From Octopus sinensis (lineage: Eukaryota): a stretch of DNA of 64,000 nucleotides. The position numbers were made by a program, and so were the translations under genes. Below are positions 51,938-64,000 of the stretch, one piece after another. The stretch is from assembly GCF_006345805.1 (NCBI RefSeq), contig NC_043007.1, forward strand, positions 19,282,001 through 19,346,000, given 5' to 3'. The notes under the pieces are model-generated. The model was not told where the DNA came from. It did no database searches and worked only from the letters and a program-made list of their open reading frames with translations. Numbering within the stretch: position 1 is the stretch's first letter; each line of letters starts with the position of its first letter.

Positions 51938-52022
51938 TTGACAAATTCTATAGCCTGAGTTTTTAAATAGCCTAAACCGGCGTTCTCGTTGAACGACGAC
52001 ATGTGGTAATGGATGTTTCGCT
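51938..52022 (-). CDS. PLCB4: PLC-beta Y-box alternative exon A: (E)[27 protein letters not shown](N)
   Basis: cttccag|AG acceptor, GTCAA|gtatccttg donor (U12-type); 85 nt, phase 1 to 2; very close to vertebrate PLCB4 [29 protein letters not shown]; missed by the ORF track. Confidence 0.95.
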
Positions 52023-52069
52023 CTGGAAGTATAAAGACATGCAAACTGACATAGAGAGTAGCAATAGTT

Positions 52070-52600
52070 GGAGGCAGTGGTGAGAGGGGTTGTGCATCAG
52101 GTGAGTATAATTGAGGTGGTGGTGGTGGTGGTGGTTAGACTGGTGATGATGATGGCAATGGTTGTGGTGGTGATGGCAGTGGTTGTGGTGGTGATGATAA
52201 TGATGATGATGATGATAGTGGTGGTGATGATGGTGGTGGTGGTTAAAATGTTGAAGGTGATGGCAGTGGTTGTGGTGGTGATGGTGATGGTGGTAATGGT
52301 GTAGGTGATAGTGGTGTTGGTGTTAGGGAGGGTGGTAATGGTGGTTTTGATGATGTTGTTGGCAGAAGCTGATGACAGCAATGGTTTGGTGTGATAATGG
52401 TGACGAAGATGATGAGGATGATCATGATGACAAACAATGGTGACACTGATAGTGATGATGATGATGATGATGATGATGGTAATGATGATAGTAATGATGA
52501 TAATGATGTTGGTGTTGTGTTGCAGGTGATAGAGATTGTGGGGTGGTGTTGGTTGTGAACGAGGTGGTGGTGCTGGTGCTTGTTGATGGAGGAGGTGGTG
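52070..52600. repeat. (GGT/GAT)n trinucleotide low-complexity tract; (CAC/CAT)n on the gene sense strand
   Basis: Direct inspection; lies just upstream (gene sense) of the exon A acceptor. Confidence 0.9.
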
Positions 52601-52965
52601 CTGGAGGACAGGGGTGTTTTAGTGGTTTGGACGGGTGGATAGGTGGGTTCTTGATTTTAAACTCTGTATTGCTTTATTTAGAAAGGAAAAATCAAGGAAA
52701 ATTGTGCTGAGAGAGAAAAGAAGAGGCCACGGGATTAGGGTGATGCTGAAGGGGGAGAGAAGAAGAGAGGGATCAGAAAATACAGAGGAAGATAGAGAGA
52801 GATATAGATATGTAGATAGATTGGTCAATGGAAATACATTAGCTGTTATATCTAGCGTTGCAACAAATGGGCATTATAAGATGTAATAAACTAAAATTAG
52901 AAATAATGGGAAAAAAAATCAAGAAAAATATATAAAAAGTCAATTAGTTATTATCATTATTATTA

Positions 52966-52999
<34 letters not shown>

Positions 53000-53733
53000 G
53001 GTGGCAAGCTGGCAGAATCATTAGCACGCTGGATGAAATGCTTAGTAGTATTTCGCCTGTTACTATGTTCTGAGTTCAAACTCCACTGAGGTCGACTATG
53101 CCTTTCATCCTTTCGGGGTTGATAAATTAAATACCAGTGAAACACTGGGGTGGACGTAGCCAATTAGTCCCCTCCCCTAAAATTTCAGACTTAGTGCCTA
53201 TAGTAGAAAGATTATTATAAATTATTATTATTATTATTATTGAGTGAGAGAGCAGTGCATGCCATCAAAGTGACACTGGGGTAAAATATATGAAGCCCTG
53301 TATACCCATCATGACTACCCGTCTGATAAGGGTACACCAGGCACATGCATCACAACCATATGTGCGTGACATGGTGATCTCATATCAAGATAAACAGCAC
53401 ATGACCTTGCAACTGGGGTCCAGATAGAATTTTCTTCTGGCCGAGTAGCTGATCCCACTCAAAAGGTCCCTGAAAAAGGATTGTTTAAGGATGATGAATG
53501 AAACACCCATGTTTCCAGAGGTGAATTATCCAAACCTCCAAGAATTCCTTTCAACACACGGCTATGATTCTCCCCAACTACTTCTGCTCGTGATCAGAGA
53601 TGCACATATCGTCAGCCACTAAGGGACATGCTCAACTGGTTACGGTCAAACAACTGACAAGCAAATCTGTGGTATTGAGCAGAATATTTGCTGTAGCCTA
53701 TCATTTTTTTAATTATTATCATTATTATTTTTA

Positions 53734-53771
<38 letters not shown>

Positions 53772-55260
53772 AAGCTGGTAGGATCATTAGTGTATTGACA
53801 AGATGCTTAGATGTATTTCTTCCTTCTCTTTATACTCTGAGTTCAAACGGTGTTAAGGTCAACATTACATTTCATTCCTCTGATCAATGCAATTTATTTC
53901 TCCCCTCCCCTCAAAATTGTTGGCCTTGAAAACTGCACCAGTCCTGGGCAACTGTTTTGAGCTTGGTCATTTACATGCCATGGTAACTGGATAACTGGTT
54001 TTATGTGTCCTAGGGCTGAAGAAAATCCAAATATGTATAATAATTCTGACACCTGATTTTGTAATCTTAGAGAGAGATGAACACTGAAGGTGGATTAGGT
54101 AGGATTTAAATGTAGAAAACAGATTACTCTTTTACTTGTTTCAGTCATTTGACTGCGGCCATGCTGGAGCACTGTCTTTTAGTCGGGCAAATCGACCCCA
54201 GGACTTATTCTTTGTAAGCCTAGTACTGATTTTAATGGTCTCTTTTGCCGGACTGCTAAGTTACGGGGACGTAAACACACCAGCATCGGTTGTCAAGCAA
54301 TGCTGGGGAGACAAACACTGACACACAAACACACACATATATATACATACATATGACGGGCTTCTTTCAGTTTCCGTCTACCAAATCCACTCACAAGGTT
54401 TTGGTCGGCCAGACGCTATAGTAGAAGACACTTGCCGATAGTGTCACGCAGTGGGACTGAACCCAGAACCATGTGGTTTGGAAGCAAGCTACTTACCGAA
54501 CAGCCACTCCCACGCCAGATTATCTGAATTATATACATTTCATCTCTCTAATTCTGCAAAAGGGAATAAAACTGGAATTCTGTCCATTATGACGATGAGG
54601 GTTCCAGTTGATCTGATCGATGGAACCACCTGCTCTTAGAATTAACAGGCAAGTGGCTGAGTACCCCACAGACACACATACCATTGATGTGATCCTCAGG
54701 ATGTGTCAAGGTTGGCCACTTTGAATTACAGGTACAATACATTTTTGCCAGTTGAATGGATTGGAGCAATGTGAAAAATAAAGTGTCTTGCTCAAGGACA
54801 CAATGTGTGGCCAGGAATTGAACTCGTGGCCTTTATGATTGTAAGCCAAGTAACCTAACTGCTTATATATTATATGTATCATTGAAGGTGTGTTTACTGC
54901 TGGGGAAATGGAATCTCAAGTAACAACAATAATAATTCTTTCAAATTTTGGCACAAGGCCTGTAATTTCAAAGGGAGTGGGGCAAGTCGATTACATCATC
55001 CCCAGTACTTGATTAATACTTCACTTTGTTGGCCCAGAAAGAAAGAAAGACAAAGTCGACCTCAGCAGGGTTTGAACTCAGAATGTAAAGAGACAGAGAA
55101 AATGCTACAAAACATTTTTATCCAACATGTTAACATTTCAGCCAGCTCAGGAAAGGGAAGAGGAGAAAGGAAAAGAAAGAATGAGGAGGAAAACAAGAGT
55201 GAGAGTAAGAATCAGAGGAGGAGGAGGAGGAAACATGAAAGGAAGTCGAAGATGAAGTAC

Positions 55261-55402
55261 CTTCCGCTATTTCAAACGACTGGAACTTGACGGGTTGAGC
55301 ATAGTTGACCATAGCAGAGAGATAAGGGTGGATGTTGGTTGTGGCACCCGTGTATTGGTAGTTTGACATAAGGGCAGCTACTTCATCAGCAGTTAGGGCA
55401 CC
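55261..55402 (-). CDS. PLCB4: PLC-beta (PLCB4/norpA-like) exon: end of X-Y linker and start of Y box, [47 protein letters not shown]
   Basis: tctttcag|GGT acceptor, GAAG|gtactt donor; 142 nt (phase 0 to 1); [20 protein letters not shown] matches vertebrate PLCB4 as I recall it. Confidence 0.95.
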
Positions 55403-56165
55403 CTGAAAGACAACAGACAATTTGAATTTTCGGAAAGACATCAAAGACACAGGATTTAATGGCAACAGTGAAAAGAAAGTAACGTTATAATTGTGTTAGA
55501 GTCATCAGTGTGTGCTGGATGGAGGGAAATAGTAATTCCCAAAGTGTGTGCATGTGGAGATGGACAGATGTGTATTCTGGAATATCAGCTAATGTTTATG
55601 ACTAAACAATGCATGGCTAGGTGTTGAAAATATAATGATATCCAATTGGCAACTGATGATGGGCAAATATGTTTGATATGTTTGTTATCTGTGTTTTCCC
55701 TGTTCTAAGATATTCTTCATTATCATAGGGTTGAACTTGTCAACAGGTTAGTTTCTTGGTTTATGATGGTTTTCTGATATGTATATGCAAGTGTGTTTGT
55801 GAATCTGTGTGCATATGTACATATATACATTTATATATATGTATATAAACTTCAAGGTCACTTTCAATATTATTCTTGTTAAAGAATAATAAATTTGTGA
55901 AGTATATTTGCCACTTAAATGTGGCTAACTATTAAGGGTGGATACTACTGTAGTGGTTAGCTACATTTAAGTGGCAAATATACTTCACATTGTCATGCAG
56001 TTACTGTTCATACCTCGTTCAGAGATTTATTATTGCTTATAACAAATTTGTATTCTTCAAAAGTATGGAGTAACTCTCCAGATCTTTGTTAAATTGTTTT
56101 TATTATAACTGAACATAAAAACAACATTAAGATATGTGTGTGTGTGAGTGTATACATATATACTT

Positions 56166-56196
<31 letters not shown>

Positions 56197-57059
56197 CATA
56201 CGTACATAAATTACACAAATAAAAAGTGAATGAAAATTCACAAGAAAATTAAAACAAGTGTTGGAATGTTTTTAGAAAAATTTACCAACTCAAAAAAAAC
56301 AGATGCAGTTTTTCGCTTAGTTTTGGTAAATCCTTTTACTTGTGTGAATGTTTAAAATAAGTAGTATAGAACTCAACAACAAGAATAGTTTATTGGCAGA
56401 ATAATTTTTCATGTTAATTTTCTTTCCTTTCCACAGCCTGCCTCCTTTTCTTGATGTTTTGTACCCCACAATCCTGCTTTTGTATATGACATGTTTTGTA
56501 TTATATTACACACTCTTGTGGTTAGCAAAGAAATTATCATTATCATTAACGATTATTATTATTACTATTATTATTGCTTTGCGCTTGCTTTCATTTCTAT
56601 CGCAAGTCTTAACCAGAAGTGTTGAGAGGCAACAAACTTTTGCATCTAAAGATGCAAACAGGTGACATGTCATGCAATTGAAAAAGAAAACATAGCAACA
56701 AAAAACCCCTGGTGTCAGTGTATAATAAAACAATTCTTGTTATAAAAATTATAAAACAGAATAATAAAATAGATAAGGTTGTATTTATATGAAGAGGAAT
56801 TTACATAAAACATATAAGATACCTGTTAGTACAATCTTTTTATTATTATTTCATTCATTTTAGTATAGGATTATTTTATTATTTGATATTGTTTGTTATT
56901 TCATTGAGATTAATTCTACATCTGTGTCTATGCCTCATAGCATCATACTGTGGCATAACATATCATATCGTATAGATATGATATGGAAATAGACATTAGA
57001 CAGAGTCAGATAAGTCAACACCAATACATTCCACAAGACACATTACATATACTGTAAAT

Positions 57060-57478
57060 CGTATCCAGAAAGTTTGTCGCAAACATTTTGGCTGCAGGAA
57101 AATTCGCCTCAGGATTTTTGGCCGTAGGAAGGTTCACCACTTAGGAAATTTTGCTGTAAGACAAAAGAAGAATTGCTTCCCTTCGTAGATAATTGTTTCA
57201 GCCAATTAGAAGGGGTAAAACAATTTCTTAATTCATTTAAAATTTCTGCTAACATTTTTGCTACACAAAAAAAATTTTGTTGAATAAATAAAAAATGTTT
57301 AAACGAGTTAGGAAATTGCTTCACCAATTCTAATTGTTTGAAACAATTATATCCCAAGGTGGACAATTCATCTTTGTCTTGTAGCAAAATTTTCTATGCG
57401 ATGAACTTTCCTTTGGCCCAAAATCCTGAGGGAATTTTCCTACGGCAAAAATGTTTGCGGAAAATTTTCCTAGAACCG
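57060..57478. mobile_element. Fold-back MITE, imperfect palindrome over its whole length
   Basis: cgcaaacattttggctgcaggaaaattcgcctcagg... pairs with ...cctgagggaattttcctacggcaaaaatgtttgcg; inner ataattgtttc / gaaacaattat arms. Confidence 0.8.
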
Positions 57479-57489
57479 TTTAAATCAAA

Positions 57490-58000
57490 ACAGGGGTGTA
57501 CAAAAGAAGGTATACAGTTGCTTAATACGAATGGAACATTTTTCCCTTTCTCTATTTCTTTTTTATGATAAGAATTCTATGATTCTACGTTGTTTTTAAC
57601 TAATTCTTTCAATAATAAAATGATTATTCCTAATTTCAGACATTCATTATATGGCTGGAAGTTTGTCCAACAAAGAATGAAAGTGGCTTGTCGAGCAGTG
57701 CTGGAAAATGGAGAAATGGTTTGACAGAAATGGACTGAAGAATTTCAAAGACCAGCTTCACCAAGATTCATAATTTACAGAATACATGACAAATTTAAGC
57801 AGACTGGATCCGTCTGCAATGCACAAAAAAGCGCTTGGTTGGTCAATGTTTCCATTGCAAAGAATGAAATTCTTGTTGATTAAACATTTACTCAAAATCC
57901 CCAGAAATTAAAAAAAAGAGGGCTTCCAATGAATCAGGCATCTTCCACAAATCCCTTAGTCGATTTATGAACTGAATTAGGTTAAAAACTAAAATAGAGA
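57490..58000 (+). pseudogene. Degenerate Tc1/mariner-superfamily transposase N-terminus (DUF4817 HTH type)
   Basis: caggggtgtacaaaa TIR-like start; broken translation MAGSLSNKE.KWLVEQCWK / QKWTEEFQRPASPRFIIYRIHDKFKQTGSV / TFTQNPQK..RASNESGI. Confidence 0.6.
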
Positions 58001-58142
58001 AATGCAAAGAACATTCCACTCAAATTAAGCAACTGTTTGCCTACTTTTGCCCACAATTCAAACACCCAAGAAGAAAATAAAACAGATACAATGTGAAATC
58101 AACTAAAGTACATCAACATCAACAGCAACAATATTATTATTA

Positions 58143-58175
<33 letters not shown>

Positions 58176-58863
58176 CATCAGTGATAATAATAATAACAAT
58201 AATAATAAAGAAGCGCCAACAACATATACATAAAAAAACATTCAGACGAGGACAGAACAAAACAAAACAAAAAAAAACAGAAAAAAATAACCAATAGGCA
58301 ACACAAAGCTGTCAAAAGACAATAAAGCTGACCTGGAGCAGAGAGGGGCATGTCACTGATGAAGGTCATGGACGGTAAAAATACGACTTTAGCAAAGTTA
58401 GTTGACTGATTGATAAACTGAATGATTAATCAAACAATCAATTGGTTAATTAGTTAATTAGTTAAACAATTATAAAATAAAGAAGTGAAATGAAATCAGT
58501 ACATGTGTTTGTTAATGGCTTAATGACCCTCCCAAGATACAACTATACATATATATATGTGTGTATATGTATATAAAATCATGAGGGAGTAGGGATTCAG
58601 ATCTGGGCAGATATCTTGGTATATAATCCAGATCTGGCTAACCACATCGAATGACAGGGAACATACCGAATTGTAAAAGTTAAACAATTAAGCAGTACTC
58701 AATAAGGGAGCAACTAAATGCACATAAATGCTACATCAAAGGACATTAGGATACTTATCCAGTAGAAACACATGTTGGATTGGAATTTATTAAGAATAAT
58801 ACTGTGACGAATAATCTTGTTCTAATTCTCCATTCTTCTTTATGATGTTTTGTATGTGTGTGA

Positions 58864-58926
<63 letters not shown>

Positions 58927-58990
58927 GGTCCCGGTTGAGTCGGGGTTAACCACAGTAAATAAGGTACTCAATACATAGCAGAGTAAATTA

Positions 58991-59084
58991 ATTTATTTTA
59001 TAGAAGGAGCTTCTACAGGACTAGAACTGTTTCATTCAAATGAAACAGTTCTAGTCCTGTAGAAGCTCCTTCTATAAAATAAAT
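58991..59084. repeat. Perfect 45-bp inverted repeat with a 4-nt loop
   Basis: atttattttatagaaggagcttctacaggactagaactgtttcat-tcaa-atgaaacagttctagtcctgtagaagctccttctataaaataaat. Confidence 0.95.
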
Positions 59085-61341
59085 AAATATATATATATAT
59101 ATATAGATATAGATGTCTCATTTCTCTGTTATAATGTCTAACAGTTGATGCATACCATCTCTGGATCCCCTCCATTTTACTTCTTGCCGTATATATATAT
59201 ATAATAATATTAGGGAGTAAATCCAAACTTACAGGGAAAAATTAGATTTAGGATTAAATCTAATTTTATAGTATAAATATATATATATTATATTAAATTA
59301 GAGATAAAACCACTATTAGGCAAATCAAACTGTGAAAATCATAAACCAATACATATAAATAAAATAATTAATAAAAAATATATAAAATATAAAATTCAAA
59401 ATTCAAATATTTAAATTAAAGTTAAAATTTAAAAAATTAAAAAATTATTTATTTACATGTATTGGTTTATGATTTTTACTGTTTGATTTGCCTAATAGTG
59501 GTTTTATCTCTAATTTAATATAATATATAAATACACACACACACACACATACATACTTACATACACACACATATTCTCTCTCAGAATGAGGTATAGTGTG
59601 GATTCTCATAAATACACACTGCACCATATAAATGCACATCTGAACACACACACACATGCATACATGTATCAGCACACACACATGTAGCAACACACACACA
59701 TGTAGCAACAACATGCATAAAAATACACTCATACATACATCCACACTTTTTCTTTCTTTTTCTCTCTTTCTCTCATAAACATCCCCCTTCACATCCATAC
59801 ACCAATATAAATATTGAACCTGCCAGCTAGGAGACAAACAGACAGACCTGAAGCAGGACTGGAGCAGACAGCACACATCACTGATGAAGTGACAGGAAAA
59901 GGTAATGAAAGGACTTTGACAAACATAGCTCATTGATTGATTAACTCAATCATTAATTAAATAATCAGTTAATTGGTTAACCAATTGACAAATAAGAAAT
60001 AAAGAAATGAAATATAACCAGTGTGTGTGTGCGTGTGTTTATTATTGACATAATGACCCCACCACCAAGATACAACAAAATATATTTCAACACACAAGTT
60101 CACATCAAGAATCTTGCAAACCAAATGCAAAAATGAAATAGATAAACTAATTATTTGAATGATCTGATATTGGATATTTCTCATATTTGTGGAATATCAA
60201 TTACTGGTATTTAAGCAATATGTTTATGAATGGTTAGTGAGTTGGGTGTGATGCTGATGACGTAGCAATAACTCCCGAAATCTGCATATACATCCATTAC
60301 TCATTTTTCTATCTTCGATCACAGACATATTCGTATATGAAATGTTATAACATTCAGTGCTGGCTCTAATTCTTAAAGGTCTGTAGAGATAACTTTGGAA
60401 AGGGATTTGTGGAATAATACATTTTTGGGGAATAATACATTTAAACTTTTGAAGAAAACACAAATACTTGAATTCCAGTGTGTTATGGAAATGTGTTGTT
60501 ATTGGTTTTGTCTTTCTGGTCTCAGTCAGTGGTTGATTTCATTTCGAGTGTTGGACCTCACAGAGGCAATAAGCAAAACCTTTGGCATTATGTTGTGCAA
60601 GAAAGGTGGCACATTTGTTCACTCATTCATGAACCCCAGCCTGATTCCCTGCAGTAAATATTTGATATCCCTTTTATTTTCCATAACTGATGCCATTATG
60701 GCTAAGTCATGGCACTCCGTCAGTTACGATGATGAGGGTTCCAGTTGATCCGATCAATGGAAGAGCATGCTCGTGAAATTAATGTGCTGAGTATTCCATA
60801 AACACGTGTACCCTTAACGTAGTTCTCGGGGATATTCAGTGTGACAAGGCTAGCCCACTTTGAAATACAGGTAGAAACAGGAAGAAAGAGTGAGAGAAAG
60901 TTGTGGTGAAAGAGTACAGCAGGGTCTGCAACTAGCCCCTGCTGGAGCCTCGTGGAGCTTTTAGGTGTTTTTGCTCAATAAACACTCACAACAGCAGGTC
61001 TGGGAATTGAAACTGCGATCCTACGATCGCGAGTCCGGTGACCTAACCACTGTGCCATTGCACCTCCTCATGGCTAAGTACAACTGTCACAACACTCATC
61101 TCCAAAGACCTTTGAAAGGAATTGCTCTTATTAGTCATTGTATGCAGATATTTGATCAGGAAATGTCAACTGATTGATTATTTATCAGACATAAGTGTAC
61201 GGCGCAATTAAATATTTAACATATTATATTGTCATGGTTCTACTTAACAGGTTGTTAAGAGTGGGGAGCGGAAGGGACGGTGTGGTGGTGGTGGTGATGG
61301 TGTCTAATGAAGCATGCACACACTACACACACAGATATACA

Positions 61342-61376
<35 letters not shown>

Positions 61377-61766
61377 GTACATACATATACATTCATATAT
61401 ATATATATATATATATATATACATTCACAAACATTTACAGATCTCATACATACATACAGACATACACATACATAAACAGATACATAAATATATATTACAA
61501 ATATACACGTGGATATGTACATATATATGTATACATATATACATATGTATGTATATATGTGTGTGTATATGTATATACATACATGCATACATACATATAT
61601 ATATGCACACTCAGGAATGTATGTATATATGCATGTATATAAATATACTCATAAACATTATATATATATATACACACACATACACACATATACATACATA
61701 TGCATACATATATACACATACACACACATACATACATACACACTCACACACATACATACATACACA

Positions 61767-61816
<50 letters not shown>

Positions 61817-62133
61817 TACATACATACATACATACATACATACATACATACATACATACATACATACAAACAAACAAATATATATTTATGTGTGTGTGTG
61901 TGTGTCTGTAAGTGTGTGCACAACATTGTTATCAGATATGAAGACTGGACTGTATTGATGTAATATGTTGAAATAAGTATAAGCAGTGATGAAGGTTTGT
62001 ATCCTTTTTTGTTTTTTTTGTTTGTATTTACTTATAGTTTGAAGGTCAAGAAATCGTAAAATACCAAAACAAACAAAAGTGTAATGCATAATATATTCAA
62101 TCACTAAAAACATAACAAGTGATGCAACTGTAT

Positions 62134-62502
62134 TATTATCTCTACCTTAGTGAAAGTAGAGGTATTGTTTTCAGTTGTCTTTGTTTGTTTGTCTGTCCTT
62201 GGACAAGATATCTCAAGAACCACTGGATGGATTCAGATGAAACTTTCAAGGATGTTTGGTCTCGTGCCTGGCACAAACTGATTAGATTTTGGGATCGATC
62301 TGGTATTGGACAAAGATACTGGATTATTTTTCCGTTTATTTTTTACTTAATTTTTGAGAGCGGTCAGGTTAATTTTTAGTATTCTTGTTTGTGAGATCAG
62401 TCGAGTTTATTTCAGATATTCTCATTTTACAAATCACTTCTGGCTAATCATTGAGACGACATTGGTGTTGCCTTGGCGGAGATTTGTGCTCTCTGAGTGC
62501 TC
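62134..62502 (+). mobile_element. Non-autonomous Helentron-like (HINE-type) element, second copy
   Basis: Homologous over about 360 bp to 6592-6948 in opposite orientation. Confidence 0.5.
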
Positions 62503-64000
62503 TTTTTATTATCATTATGATAATCATTAATATTACTACATGCAAGGGCCTTTAATGCTTGATAGCTCTCTCATACATGCAAACATACACACTATCTCCC
62601 CTCTGTACATACATATACATATGCTTACACACACACACACACACAATCATCATCATCATCATCATGTAACTTCACTTTCCATCCTGGCATGGGTTAGATG
62701 GTTTGATTGGAACTAGTTCCAGTATGATTTGGCATGGTTTCTATGGCTCTATGCCCTTCCTAATGCCAACCACTCCAAGAATGTAATGGATGCTTTTAAT
62801 AATGTGTGTATATTGATATATATACATGTCATTATATGAGTATTTTTTTATAAATATTTTATATATATGGATGTACACATCTTCATCATCATTTAACGTC
62901 CACTTTTCCATGCCTGCATGGGTCACATGGAATTTGTTGAAGCAGATTTTGTACACATCCATACAGTGGGACTGAACCTGAAACCAGAGAGTTGGGAAGC
63001 AGGCTTCTTTATCCATACAACTGAGACCCCCTTCGGTCATGACTGACCATGGGATTACACCTAGGAAGTTACCCTCCAAAGTACAAGTCTGGGCAAGGTT
63101 GTTTATGGAAGACCAGCAGCCGCCCATGCATACCAGCCTCCCCTCTCCATGCCACCAGTGTTATCCAAGGGAAAGGCAAAGGGGCCGATACAGCTTGGCC
63201 CCTGTGACGTTGCAACTCATTTCTACAACTGAGTGAACTGGAGTAATGTGAAATAAAGTGTCTTGCTCAAGAACATAACACACAGCCCGGTCCGGGATTC
63301 GAGCTCACAACCTCACGATCGTAAGCTCGATGCTCTAACCACTGAGCCATGTGCCTTCACATCCATACAACTACACCCATATGTTATGTATATTTACACA
63401 CACACACACACAGATATACATCATTTTTGGATACTGAAACTTTACAAGTTATCGTCTGAAGTATCTTTTCTCTAATCTAAACACAATTATGAAACGGTAA
63501 ATAAACATACGGTGGACGTTTTTGAATAATGCAAGTTCCGATTGTATAAAATGGCGCAAAAGGTTGTGTAATGCAGACTGTTAGTTGTGAAAGAGGAAGG
63601 AGAATGTACCATCACTTAGAGGTGGGATGATGGGGTTACGCAAAATTATGTAGATATGTTTTTTGGAAATTCGGAAAAAATATGAAAAAAATGTGAGTAT
63701 ATGTGTGAGAATATAAAAAAATATTAAAAAATTGCATGCAAGTTAAAGAATCTAATTTTGCAAGAAAAATAACTCAAAAATTCGAGATGTTTCTGCAACA
63801 CATAAATCTCCAAAAAATGGAATCAGTAATGGAGAAATCAAGATTCATATTGTTCTGAAATTAGTAATAATTTCAAAGGTCATCTATTTAATGGTGTACT
63901 TTTGGAAAGTGAGAATTGTGAGGTATGTTATGACAACTTGTGTCTCAGGTTTTCATGACTGTTTTGAAAAAAAAAAAGTTGTAATTCATTTCATGAATTT

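Noticed and set aside
52068-52446. Poly-Val/Met and poly-Thr ORFs
   Set aside because: Translations of the (GGT/GAT)n tract.
56613-56644. Possible X-Y linker micro-exon (ctttag|AT GCA AAA ... CTG|gttaag)
   Set aside because: Phase fits the next exon but the peptide DAKVCCLSTLL is not linker-like, and the splice signals are weak. The upstream PLC exon could not be located in 55403-64000.

Overview
AT-rich, microsatellite- and SINE-dense animal genomic DNA; the repeat landscape suggests an octopus (inference). The only supported protein-coding gene is the 3' two-thirds of a phospholipase C-beta of the PLCB4/norpA type on the minus strand. I traced its exons by hand from 55402 down to the stop at 22069. 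The in-window part is 15 exons per isoform, 1929 nt (642 aa + stop), in frame throughout. It covers the Y catalytic box, C2 domain, Galpha-q-binding proximal CTD, coiled-coil distal CTD and a C-terminal -ETVV. The 5' exons were not found in the window. Main result: one 85-nt Y-box exon exists as two paralogous copies (51938-52022 and 47626-47710). Both copies have ordinary U2-type acceptors, both end in the minor-spliceosome donor GTATCCTT, and the shared downstream exon has a textbook U12 branch point (TTTTCCTTAAC, branch A at -13). The intron between the copies is therefore a U12-donor/U2-acceptor hybrid, which predicts mutually exclusive splicing enforced by spliceosome incompatibility and backed by a frameshift lock. 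The rest of the window is tRNA-derived SINEs, LINE relics (RTE, R4/Dong-like, CR1-like), mariner/pogo/piggyBac-type MITEs, non-autonomous Helitrons, many fold-back palindromes, tandem duplications and simple repeats. Nearly all ORFs in the supplied track are simple-repeat or SINE artefacts.
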